Shown here piece after piece: positions 38,501 through 51,543 of a DNA stretch of 64,000 bases. A program made the translations under genes and the position numbers. The notes beneath the pieces were generated by a model. It saw only the letters and a program-made list of their open reading frames with translations. It searched no databases and had not been told where the DNA came from. Source of the DNA: Somniosus microcephalus (Eukaryota); assembly GCA_052327205.1 (NCBI GenBank), contig CM126217.1:40238001-40302000 (forward strand), given 5' to 3'. Positions within the stretch are counted from its first letter, which is position 1. Each line of letters begins with the position of its first letter.

Positions 38501-41500
38501 TAAGAATAACATAGGCAAGTTGTTTGTCTTTCAGTAGAGATGATTCCTGTTTAGTTATGAACTATCTCTACAACATCTGAATAGCTGAAATATGATGCAT
38601 TAGCTTAACAGGGATTCACATTGAAATATTAATACATATCATCACATCTTTGATACGAGATACCATTTGGATGTTCGACCATTAAGATCATCATAAAACT
38701 CTTGTTCAATGCTAGATAAAGCTTTGTTTTCTGAATCATTATCATAATTGTAGATGCATCTGAGAATCTACCTTAATTGCATTTCAAATATCAACAAACT
38801 AAGATGTGAACACTGTTAAGCAATTTATGAATATGGGAATGATTACAAGGCATTAATCCAAAAAGTGTTTGGATGGCCTATGTATAGAATAATGGATATC
38901 TCAGAGTGAGTTACAGGCTGCAATCAAATGGAATGATTCACAAAGTTTGTCCAACAGTAATCTGATTGAGGGGTTTGGATGACACCATAAAGAATGACAG
39001 TATAGTTCAATGTGTTAATAATCATCACCAGACCATGAGAGAAAATCACAGTTATGAAATCAATTGATTATATGTGGAAGTTTTGTTCAGTTTGGAATCT
39101 CTATTTTAGTGGCTCTCAATGTGTTGCATGATGATGCTCACATCAAGGATTTACCGATTTATGATGTTAAGTTAATTGTAGTTGATTACCACAAGATTCT
39201 TTGGCCACTATAACAATTTTTAACTATCTCAGATAGGTGGAATAATGTACAGCACCTATTTCAGGAACTCCTGAAAAATGCAACCATTTGTGTTGGCAAC
39301 TCAGCAACATGTTCCATTGAGCTAAATGGGCGATTCAACCAAAGCTAACCAGGATACAACAAGAGTCTGATATCATTACCAACAAGTAGTAAAAGTAATA
39401 GAAAAAGTAACTTTGAGTTCTCCGTATTAACACTCAACCTAAATATCATCCTCAAAGTGAATCTGTTGAGATGGGCTCTTCCAGTGTACACGTCCTACAT
39501 CAGGGTCACTGACACAAACATTGTTTTATTTCTGGAGACTTGGCAGGCACTGTAAATTAGGAAACCTTTGCTGCCAAATATTTTTTACTTTATTCATGCA
39601 TTTAAATTTACCACAAATTTAAATGAATGCATGTACCTCAAACGTTTCTCAGCAAATTAAATTTTGTGTGAAAGTGTTGGCAGCCTCAGGTTGCACAAAA
39701 TATCTTTGTGCTAACATTTTCTGATTTACTGTAATTAACTGGTTAAACACCCCACTACTGTAAAAACAAAAAAGTTCTGTGCACTTCTACAACAGCCTCA
39801 AGTCATCAAGAATTGCTCAGGTTGGGCAACCCACTAGAATGGCACTTTGATCTTACTAAGTAATTGATATTATTTTGCTGAGTATATCTGACGATACCTT
39901 TGATTAGCTGGAACAAAACGGAATGTCAAGTAATCAATAAATTGAGTATTCGTGTACAAAGGCTGTGGAGTAGTCCTTCTGTAAGCCTGGGCATATGCAT
40001 CTGGCAGAGACTTTGAACAAGCCATTTTTGTGTATATAGATCGGAAAGATATGGCTTCTCAGTAAAGATTTGGGTGATTGTCACTGTGTTTTGTATCTGA
40101 CACAATTTAATACAAGAGGCTCCCACAGAATAAATTTAGTTAACTGTATTTCAAGACTTATATGGCCTGCTCAAAAAATCAATTAAAAATTCCTTAAATT
40201 TTGGCAATTTCATGACCAGACTATCACTGAATTATTCACTGTATTTCTCTTCAATATTATATCAATTTTATTGACATATATCATTGGTCCCCAACACTGG
40301 TGCACCTGACAGGGCTCCAGACAGTTAAGCTAACCAGGCAAAGTATTGGTATGTTCAGGTGACCTGTGCATTTTTTAAGTTGTTATTTTAAAAATAAATT
40401 GAAAGTGCTATGGGTAAATATCCTAAAAGCTTCATTAGGCCTTAGGTATTACTTATACCACATTTTTTGACACAGACCACATTTTAAAAAAACCTGTGTG
40501 GACAGTGAAGATGAATTTCAAATTCACAAAGGCTGCTTTCCAGCTGTTTGAGCATAATCTTTCCTGAATAAAGCTGCAGTATATTTATATATTTTTTTCT
40601 GGTAATCGATTAATATGTATGGCAAATAGCATGTCATTAATTAAAATGTGTGTTATTCAAAAACTCTTGCAGCTTTCAAAGGGAGTCAAATCCATTAGGG
40701 TAGAAGTTATAACCCTGTAAGCAAATTGCAGTGGGATGCAAGTTTTCCATGTGTTGTTACTCCTTTGCTGTAACATGTAGTCAGTTGTCTTAAACTCAAG
40801 TCGGATTACAGCTATTCACTCTCTTACAGGAAATTTAAAAACGGACTTTTTAACTGTTTCAAAGTAGATTTATGGAAATATACAGAAGCAAACAAGGACT
40901 TAATTCTTAGCTTTCATGTAAAATAAACGAGCGTACAAAATAAAATAAAATCTTGCTACTGTTTTGATTTAGGAACTGAAATCTCCTGTGGTGTTCCAAG
41001 GGTTATCCAGCTTGATCTCCCTGCATAGTTTGACAGAGTTATCAGCTAAATACCAACACAAACCACAATTCAAACAACGCAGAACATGGTGACACAGTAA
41101 AACAAAATAATCTGTGTAAACAGCAGAGCCCAGTAAAGAACTCAAATCTAGCAATAAACAAAACTTCAACCCCTCTCAACAATACCATGCAGTTTTAGTT
41201 CCTCCCAAATAACCTTCCCTATCAATGGTCATCTGCCCATTCTCAATGAATTTCACTGCAGATTTAATCAGCAACTTCCTTGTAATTTAAAGGTATGCGT
41301 TCAAGAAAAATATGCAACGTTAGTAAAATATTAGCTAAAGCTGCTTTAGCAACACAAATTATTTAACTGCTTTTAGTGTAGATGAAAATTTTGGCTCCAT
41401 ATTAAATTTGGGCAGTTGTTACTTAAAACTATTGATATTTTAACAGAATCTATTTGCCCCCAATTCTGAAGCAGTTTTGGAGAGGATACTAATATTTTAC

Positions 41501-42590
41501 AGTGCTAACTAACGTAAACAGTGAAACAATGGCTGCAAAGGCGTTCTTTTAATTATTTTTAATTAGAATTTCTTTTATCCTTGCATAAATTATCATGAGT
41601 CATGTTTTTAAATCTATAAACATAATAGCTTTTGACATTTTAAATAATGTTTAATTCAGGAAATCATGTGGAAAACCAAGATTATTCATTTAAAATACAT
41701 CTCTCAACATTAATAAATATTACAAACAATATTCAGAAAATATAATGTAATTCTTTCCGAAGTCTTTATGTAAAAGATGGAGAGTTCCACTTTGAGGGAA
41801 ATTATGCATTTTTTTTAGTAAAATATCCCAATGTTTTAAATTTCCACTTTAAACAAACAAAGCTTCCCATTTTGCTGCATTGTCTTTACAATGATGTTTT
41901 TATTTCTATTTTGCAGCAGAATTCTTTGTACCAATGATGAATTTTAATTAACTTTTCAATGGAGCCCTTTCATTCTGGAAACAATAATTCCAGAACTCAA
42001 ACTAACAACTGTTTTCCAGTTATTCTGTGTAGTCAAAAGGTAAAGGGAGGGATTTTCCCTAAGAATAGACAGCGCAAATATCTCATGTTTCTCCATTTGC
42101 TGTTTTTGCTTAGGGTACAAATAAAATCTGTTCATCCCTGATATGTTACAATGCACTCTCAGAAATGACAAGAACTAAAGAGGCCTGAAGTTCGACATGC
42201 ACCCTGCATGGAAGGAGCTGCAGTCACATGCTGCAAAACTCACAAAAGGAGCTTCAAGTTGAATAACCACATAACAAACATCAACAATTTGACGAAGGAA
42301 TGTGATGAGGGGTGAAAATTTATAAATTGTTAATATCTGTTTGAGTATTTACACCAGAAAGTGCTTGAATTACTAATTGAAAAAAATTACAATTTGTGTA
42401 TAAAACAAATTTCTTCACTACTAATAAGTGCAATACATATTTTTTTTTAAATGACAATGTCACAATGCATACTCAGAATCATGATCTTACTAATGTTAAA
42501 ATTATTTGTGATCTAATTAATTCAGGTCAAGTTACGCTGTGTTGGTCCCTCAAAGATCTTTTTGCTCCAGTTAGATTCCACAAATCTTAC

Positions 42591-42667
42591 CTCAATCGTA
42601 TACTCCTAAGGACTTTTATCAGGAAACCTTACTATTGCTCGCCTTGAAGAGATTTTAAGAGGAAAAG
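42591..42667 (-). other. Candidate 77-nt non-coding exon
   Basis: Acceptor GTTTGTTTTGTAG|, strong donor GAG|GTAAGA; stops in all three frames. Confidence 0.35.
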
Positions 42668-45600
42668 CTACAAAACAAACCTGCCTCCATGTGATCCCGT
42701 TTCCCTTTGAGTAGCTGGCTCACTTTACAATCCGCAAGCGTTTTCCTGCAAGTGACATCTCAAATATGTCAGATTCTGTAGTTTTCATTTGCTCCAGCTC
42801 AAGTCCAGGTCAAATCAGAGAAACATACAGAAATAAGGGATGAGGTTTGATTCGGAGAGATTAATGTTAAGCCGTTTTTACACTGTAGCACTGGTTTCAG
42901 GAGAGCAGCACTTCACTCGCCTCCTGCCTCCAGCCTCCCAGCTTACATTTCTACCTGGCGCTATTCTCCATCAGACGTCGGACAGAAGTGGACCACGCCT
43001 GATGATTATTAATTGCAGTGGACAGTGAGACAACTGTGCGTTTGCTGCCGGCAGCAGTTTGTAAATGTAAAAGTGCCTATAAGCAAGTGTTTGCTAACGT
43101 GCACCCAAACATTTAAATGAGTTCCAAGCACCAAGTGGTTTTCTTTTTAAGACCACTGATCACAATGGAGTAAGGAAGCTTTAATGATTTGTAATACTAC
43201 CCCTTATATTTTTTCTGTTTCTTTAAGAGTTTGGGGTGAACTTGAGAAGGAAGGATGGGTATTAAAGAGCTTGTTCTAAGAGGGATGCACTCCATATCAG
43301 CAAAATTATTAATCACAAAATCACAACAGGATCTACACTTTTTTCATTTTATTTTCCCTCTCCAGTAATAGGGATCACAGCAAAGAGTTAAAAATCCATT
43401 AAACAGCACAACTGAGAAATGTACAGGTTGCCAGAACTGTGAAAACTAACAATGCGTGCAGTTAACACGAGTCCAAAGTTTGTTCTAAAAGATTTCAAAA
43501 CATAACATCTGCAAGCAGAGATCAATTTAAAAAATAAATCCTGCAATCATCTAGCAGGCAGAAAATCTCACCTCACATCTGCCACAATTTCTAATTGTGT
43601 ATCTGACAGCTATTTTCATCCAGTCTCTGTACTCCAAACTGCTACTACAGTTCGCTGTGTTTCAGGCACATTGTGCATCCAAACTATGTCTCACTGCCTT
43701 ATTGGACTTTTTTCCTGGCACTTTTAAAAAAGAAAGGAATGCAAATTCCTTTTACAATGCTAAACATCATCATGCAGCAACGAGTCCTATAGATGTAGTC
43801 TGGAGCGGAGAACTTATAAAGATTATTTTTTAATTGATATGAGATTTATATGCCTGCTTAAATGCACTTTATATAATGCTAGAAGTAGTACAATGTGCTT
43901 ATCAAAGGAATGAAAGCTTCTTACAGCGAAGACTATACAGACATTAATCATTAGTGCAGTGTATCTGCTGCGTGCCACTGAGGATTGTGACACTTTATTT
44001 CATGCTAGACACAGCTGCCAGTGCATCGCTGGCATGAAAGCCAAAGCACTCAGAATTCTGCGATAGTTCGAGTATTCTCAGGAGGAAGTGGTGTGTTTTT
44101 TTCCCTCCCCCTCTCTCTTTTCTTGTGGAACAGACAGCTGAGGACAGCAATTCACAGACCTTTCTCCAACTGTCATTCGCCACGCCCTGTCTGGTCCCTC
44201 CTACTATCTCTGTCTCATTAAAAACAGCGCCAAACTGGCAGCGTGCCACATGCTAAACGAACAACCTTCTTTCTCCTGAAAAAAAATTCATTTAAAAACC
44301 TGTTTATCATCATCCCCATCTTAATTCCACAAGGTTACTCTAAATTGCCAGTATCATGTTGTTTTTATAACCTCTGCCTACTGCAGCAGGCACTTGGTTA
44401 AAAAAAAACCTGCAAGACTTAGGAGGTTTGCTCCTTCTCTAGCCTCCTTCTCGTTCTTATCGAGTGAGAAACTGGCAGCTCTCCAAACCCACTGTCGCAA
44501 AGCCAGAGTCAGTCAAGGTCATGAATATCTATCTTATGCTATCATCAGGCACTAGTCTTACAGTAAATAGGCCTGCAAACTAAGGTTGTCTTAGTTCAGG
44601 GAGGACCCTTGATCTTCCAACCTCCCAAACTGGATTGTAAACATTATTATGATATCTATAAAGCTGTAAGAAGCCAAAACAGCCATGTGAGCGCAGCCTG
44701 CAACCAAACCTTGCTTTCCTTCCTCTCCCCCTTTCTCATTCTGTTCACATTTAGATATGGAGTGTCCTTTGTGTGTATAATTTCACACTTATCAGCAAAG
44801 AAAGATGCCATACTGCTTTCTGCCGGCTGATGCAGCTCCTCTGAAATGCCACAGGACTGCCCAGAGGCTCATTAATAATTGCAGATGGCTTTCCATTTCC
44901 AAACGTAAATTCTCAAGCACCGCATGATTAAGAACAGTTGTGAAAGCTGCTTGTTCCCTTACCTTCTCCAAGTAGCAGCAACTTAAGACATTCACTGATT
45001 AATTCAACAACTGCCACACAAACAGGTTAAAGAATAAATAGATTGCTGGAGTAGCTTTCTTTTTGTTAAACAAGATTTTCTGGAACTTCCTTTAAAACTT
45101 AGGCAGATTGCACTTAAGTTCTGGAGAGACAGTGTAAGTACATTTCCAACCCTGAAAATGAAGGAGGATTTTTTTTTAAATGGTCTGTGAATCCAGATAG
45201 CTATAAATAGCCAGCGTTTGATTGTTCATTGGTTGTACTTTCACCATAAGGTGACAGAGGTCTGAGCTGCCACTGTCCAAATAGCCAAGCATTATTTATT
45301 TTAGTGACAGCATTCAGCTTAAAAATGCAGCCAATTAGCACTGCAAAATGACAACATTAATTTGGACAAAACTGCCTTGCGAGAATGTTTAAGAGATCTG
45401 ACAACACTACACCCAAGGGCATCTGTTATGGAATGAGATCATCGAATCACTGAGTGCAGGTACTGTATAATAATCCCCCCAAAAATTAGTTACATTTTTT
45501 TCCAAAGAAAAACAGGAAAAGGTCAATGCTGCGAGAGCCAGATTAATGAGGTTACCTACAAGAGCCAGCACTTTGGAGTTTCCATTCCAGAAACGGTGCC

Positions 45601-47334
45601 TGTCCACAAAAAAACTTCACAACTCTTTTAATCTTTCCTTGCCATGAGGACAGTGTGAACATCCCAATGTCAAGAGATCCATGAGAGCATTCTACATTGA
45701 CTCAATTTGATTTTCCTTCCCTCTGGCCTCTACCCAGTGTTTTTTCACAAAGGCATGAATGAGACGAGAAACTAATCTGAACAGGAATAGTGAGTGGAAA
45801 GGTGTGTACAGCAATGCGTAGGAGTGCCAGCAGCCTGTGCCACTCTGAAGTTTGTAAAATGCCCCCTTTTAAGTACAGGAAAATAAAATAAGCCTTCAAA
45901 CACAATTAAAAAGCAGCACAATCAAACCCACAAACTTGAGGATCAACACGAGATTTATAGAATTATCCACAAAATCATAAGTACAGGGCAGGAGGGCTCA
46001 TCCTAGGTCACCCGCCTAAAATAACCCACAGTCTTCCATCACAGCCTCTAACTGTCTTTTAAATGACTACAATCTTTTAGCCTTAGTCGAGCGTATGTCA
46101 CAATCCCAGTTTGTGAATCAGCAAAAAAAAATTGTACAAAGGATTTTGACAAATCAAATAATTAAAAAAAACAAATAAAACACCACAAAATTAAACTGCA
46201 CTTAAATAGTCATATGTGATAATACTACAGTGAGTAGAGATTCCATTTAAAGAACTTTCTGCTCTGTTGTCCTTGGATACGGCACTTGCTCAGATAGTAA
46301 AATGCTATTTTGAGCCAATCTCTATAACACTGCTACTGTAAGGCTCGGCAGTGTGAAAAATCATTCTGGCATGATGCTACATCCTCCATCTTAGCCACAG
46401 CTGGCACTCAGCTACATGAATAAAGCTACTGCGGTCATATATTCATTGCTGTGAGAAAACCTGAATGTTTAGGCTCCTAACAACCACATAAAAAGTTCAT
46501 TGGCACTTTTTTTTAGTCAGCCTCCTCTGACCTATAAACCTTTGTGACTGGAACAAATGCAAATAAAGCTGACTTGCTTAGACAAAACACTGAAGGGTAT
46601 TCAAATCAACTGCTCCTGGCCTGCTAACACTAATTCACTGCATCACACGGCACAGACTTTTTCAAAAGAAATAGTCAGCATTTTAGGCCCATAAAACCAG
46701 AACAAGGAAGATGAAGTTAAAAACAGAGCAAAATTGTTGTTCAGTTACCTGCATCACATGCTGGAGAACTCAGGAAGTGAAACAGCACTTTCTGCAAATG
46801 TTTCAACTCGTAGGAGGATTGCTTAACAGTGGATTAATAAATTACAAACACTGATATATTTAAATATAAATACAAGCAAATATTCAAAACAATAAGGAAA
46901 GAGACTTCTGTGCACACTGTGCATGGGAACAGTAGAGAACTAAAAGAATCGCATTCACAGGTCCAGCATAAACAAGGTGAAAAACCAGAAAGAAAACTCA
47001 GATTGTGGATAAGTAGAGTATATGTGACACACTCCCACACTCTCTTCATATAGCACCAACCAGCTCAGATGATCCAAACTGTGTGTGATCTTCTCCTCTC
47101 CTCAAGTTTATTGCCAGTACTGATCCAAGTTAGTTCACTAAATTAAAAATGAAATTACCACTTTCCCTCCTCTGCTTCCATGTTAAGCCTATGCAGGAGA
47201 TATGCATCGGGCCTGCTCATGTCAGCCTGATGTAAATATTCCTTCTCACACAAAGGTTGCCTTCTTTTCCCAAGGTCAGGGCAGGGATCATAGCTTGAAT
47301 TTGATGATGTCAATTTCATTGAAATCCCAGCAAC

Positions 47335-49510
47335 ACCTTGCATTTATATCATGCCTTTAATGCAGAAAGCTTCTCCGAGCAACTTCAAAGATGTATGAGA
47401 CAAATGAATCCTGAGCCAAACAAGGGAAAAGTTGGAGTGGTGATCAAAAACTTGGTTGAAGAGTTGAGTTTTAAGGAGGGACAGAAAAGTTTAGCGAGGG
47501 AATTGCAAAATGTGGGAACTAGACAACTAAAGGCATGACTGCCAATGGTAGAGCAATGGGAGGGGGATGAACAAGAGGACTGGAGAGTTTGAGGGGAGAT
47601 TGCAGCACTTTAGAGAGATTGGGAGAGGTGAGGCTATGGAGGGATTTAAACACAAGGATGACAATTTCAAGTTTCATGCATTGGGAGAATACAGCCAATG
47701 TAGATCAGCGAAGTCAGGGGTGAAGGTGTGAGTAGAATTTTCTGCAGGGTAAAATATGGGCAGAATAGTTTTGGATGAGGTGAAATTTATAGAGGGTGGA
47801 GGATGGAAGGGTGGCAAGGAAAGGATTGGAGTTATCAAGTCTGGAGGTGGCAAAGACATGGATAAGGGTTTCAAAGGCAGGTGGGCCAAGGTAGGGGTGG
47901 AGGAGGGCAATGTTACAGAAGTGGAAGTATGTGGTCCTTGCAATAGAAAGGATATGGGGTAGGAAACTCAGCTCAGAGTCAAACAGTCTGTCAGCCTGAG
48001 AGGTGGTCTGGGAAGGGGTTGAAGGCAGGGGCCAAAGACAATGGCTTCCATCTTCCTAATGTTTAACAATTAGGAGCAGGAGTAGGCCATACGGCCCTTC
48101 GTGCCTGCTCTGCCATTCAATAAGATCATGGCTGATCTTCGACCTCAACTCCACTTTCCCGCTCGATCCCCATAGCCCTTAATTCCCTTAATGCCCAAAA
48201 ATCTAAGAATCTCAGTCTTGAATATACTTGAACATACCCCTCTGGGGTAGAGAATTCCAAAGATTCACAACCCTCTGAGTGAAGAAATTTCTCCTCATCT
48301 CAGTCCTAAATGGCCCACCCCTTGTCCTCTGACCCCTAGTTCTAGACTCTCCAGCCAGCAGAAACAGCCTCTCAGCATCTACCCTGTCAAGCCCTCTAAA
48401 AATATTATATGTTTCAATGAGATCACCTCTCATTCTTGGAGTCCAAAAATCTACCTATCTCAGCCTTGAATATACTCAACGACTGAGCATCCATGGCACT
48501 TTGGGGCAGAAAATTCCAAAGATTCACAACCCTCTGAGTGAAGAAATTCCTCCTCATTTCAGTCAAAAAAGGCCGGCCCCTTTTCCTGAGAATATTTTTT
48601 TTATTATTCGTATATGGAATGTGGGCGTCGCTGGCAAGGCCAGCATTTATTGTCCAGCCCCAACTGCCCCCGAGAAGGTGGTGGCGAGCCGCCCCCCCCG
48701 AACCGCCGCAGTCCGCGCGGTGAAGGCACCCCCACAGTGCTGCTAGGGAGGGAGTTCCAGGATTTTGCTCCATGGAGACTGCTCTTGCATTGGTCCAGTC
48801 CATATGTCCAATTCTTTCCGCACTTATCCAGTCCTACATTAAGCCCAGCTCGCCCATCACTTGGTCCTACACACCCCAACACATTCATTTCAAAATCCTA
48901 CCCCTCGTCTATAAATTCCTCCATCAACGTGCTCCACTCTAGGTTTGCAATCTGTTGCAGCTCTATACCCACCCCACAAACCCTTTGTACCTCCACACTC
49001 GTGATGTGGAGATGCCGGTACCGGTTGGACTGGGGTGGACAAATGCGAGAAGCCACACAACACCAGGCCATAGTCCAACAGCTCCAACTGAAATCACAAG
49101 CCCTCGGAGTTCTGCTCCCCCGCCAGGTGAATGTTTAGTTGCTGAAGTTAATGCTCATTCAAGAATGGATGTCGAGCAAGCTGTCTGTCAGCATGGAGAG
49201 AGCTGGTGGAGAAGGAGAGCTGGGTGTCATCAGCACTCATGTGGAAGCTGACCCCATGTCTGTTGATAATGCTGCCAAAGGGCAGCATGTAGATGAGGAA
49301 GAGAATGGGTACAAGGATGAATCCTTCAGGAACTCTGAAATGGTGCAATGGTGGGAAAAGAAGCTATTGCTAGAGATGCTCTAGCTATTATCAGTAACGC
49401 ATGAGTGGAAGCAAGCTAGGGCAGTCCGAGGGAGCTGAACAATGGAGGAAAGATGTTGGAGGAGGATGGTGTGCCTGACTCTATTGAAGGTTGCAGAGAG
49501 GTTAGGGGAG
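47335..49510 (-). mobile_element. Decayed L2 LINE, interrupted by the insertion at 48066-49129
   Basis: 3' tail at 47335; RT-like VPEGFILVPILFLIYMLP..HMSADDTQL at 49150-49350; L2 sequence is continuous across the insert. Confidence 0.8.
48066..49129 (-). mobile_element. Chimeric retro-insertion: CR1 3' end + two more CR1 3' pieces + second LINE-family 3' end + antisense L2-like piece + Penelope-type end
   Basis: Flanked by the 8-bp direct repeat AATGTTTA (48058-48065, 49130-49137). CR1 pieces match 62490-62860; segment 48596-48690 matches the reverse complement of 50828-50915. Confidence 0.75.
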
Positions 49511-50129
49511 AGATAAAACACAGTCACAACCTGAAAATCAAATGCCTCCAACATATGACATAAAAGTAAATAGCAAAAATAGACCTGGTATTAAAAATCT
49601 AATTTTTGGGGTCTGATTTACATTTTGGAGGTTTGTGGATACCACATTTAAAAACAGCAATGTTTGGTCTAATTCCAGGTAGGGGAAAACCCTACTTCAC
49701 ACCCAAGGTCAGATGTGAGCTAGGAGTATTATTTTGTACAATTGGTGTATATAAATTCTTCCTGTGTCAGTTCTGGTCAGAAAAGCAGTCATTCTGGCCT
49801 GTCCTATTTATCCTGAAGTAAACTTTTCCTCCTAATTTTCTTCCCTTCTCTACTGAAGATGGTGATTCATATTATTCTATGACAGTAGGCCTTCTGAGCC
49901 TTCCACAAGTAGTCATTCCTCAGGTTATTTATTCCTTTATTGAGAAAGCAAGGTGGAGGTCCAAGGCTCATAGTGCAGGACACACCAAGATTGAAAAAAG
50001 TAAGAGAGAATGAGGTAATTTAGGAAGTAATTGAATAAATGACACCATATTTGGTTTTAAAGATCTTAAGATTGTAGGAGGAAGGAAAGATTGAGGAAAC
50101 TAAGCAGTTTTGGAATTTTGATGTCCTGG

Positions 50130-51490
50130 GAAACTGTTTAGGGGTAGGGCCATTAAGAAATGAATGAGGCAAGCTTGTGGTGGAAAGTGAGGGAATAGCA
50201 GAAATACTAAATAAGTACTTTGCCTCAGGTTTCACAGGGATGGCGGATATTGTAAAAGCACCAAAGATGAGCATAGAACATTTGGAGGTTATTGCTCAAG
50301 GTGAGATGGTACTAAACGAGTTCATCAATTTTAAGGTAGACAGATCACTGAGGCCTGATCATTTACATTTGAGGATTCTGAGTTAAGCTAGAGAAGAAAT
50401 AGCTGAGATTCTGAATATAATGTTCCAAAATTCTTTGTGACACATGGTAAACTACTTGCGTATAGAATATGGGATGAAATCACTAAGACATGGAAAAACA
50501 GGAATTATTTAGGGCAGATCAGCAAGGATTTCTAAAAGGCAGGTCATATTTGACCAATCTTATAGAATTCCTTGAAGAAATAACAGAGATAAAGGAAATG
50601 CGGTGGGCATGGTTCATATGGATTTTCAAAAAGCATTTGTTAATGTACCACATAAGAGACTATGGCAAGATAATAGCACATGGAATTGAAGGCAATGTGG
50701 GCACATGATAGATGGATGGCCGGAAAGCATAAAGCAAAGGAAAGGGGTGAAATTTCTGGGATTAGCAAGACATGATGAGTCATGTTCCACAATGGCTTGT
50801 TTTGGGGCTACACTTATTTACTTTATGATCACCTTCTCAAGGACAACTAGGGATGGGCAATAAATGTTGGCCTTGCTAGTGACGCCCACATCCCATGAAC
50901 GAATATAAAAAAAAATCTGAATAAAGTCAAGCAGAATTATTGATTCTGTATCTAGAGGCATGAAATGCAAATGTAAGGAGTAACTGCTGAATTTGTACAA
51001 GACGTTAGTTAGGCTACATTTGGAGAATTGGGTGTAGTTTGTAAGTACACAACAACAGATATAGTACAGAGTCATTGGGATGTTACTAGGGATGAAAAGT
51101 TGCAGCTATGAAGAAAGACTTGAGAAGTTAGGGCTTTTCTTACTAGAACTGAGAAGGTTAGGGGGTATTCTGATTGAGATTGTGAAGGGTTCTGATAAGG
51201 TAAAACATAACAGTTTCCACTAATTGGCGATATGGTAACAAGAGGGCACAAATTTAAAATATTCATAAAAATAATTAATGGGAAGGTTACACAGGTGGTT
51301 AGAATGTGGAACTCTCTGCTACAAACGGTTGTTGATGGAGAGTCCATATATTCTTTTAAAGGTTCATTTAGTCGTTGTTTAAAAGGGAGCAATATGGGAA
51401 GAGAGGTAGGGAATGGGATTAGACCAGGTGGCTTATGTGGAGGAAAAAACAGTTCAGAGTTTTGGTCCAAAAACCCTGCTTCTGTGCTGT
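50130..51490 (+). mobile_element. Decayed CR1 LINE ORF2/3' fragment, with a short LINE 3'-end insert at 50828-50915
   Basis: AEILNKYFAS, QQGFLKGRSYLTNLIEF, TRGHKFK..VVRMWNSL. Confidence 0.8.
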
Positions 51491-51519
51491 AACTTGCACA
51501 CACACTTACACACAAAATA

Positions 51520-51543
51520 AACACACACACACACACACACACC
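51520..51543. repeat. (CA)n microsatellite
   Basis: Direct reading. Confidence 0.9.

Noticed and set aside
1-47000. Known miRNA hairpins (let-7, miR-99/100, miR-125, miR-181, miR-9) that would identify a host gene
   Set aside because: No mature sequence found by eye on either strand; a formal miRBase/Rfam search is still needed.
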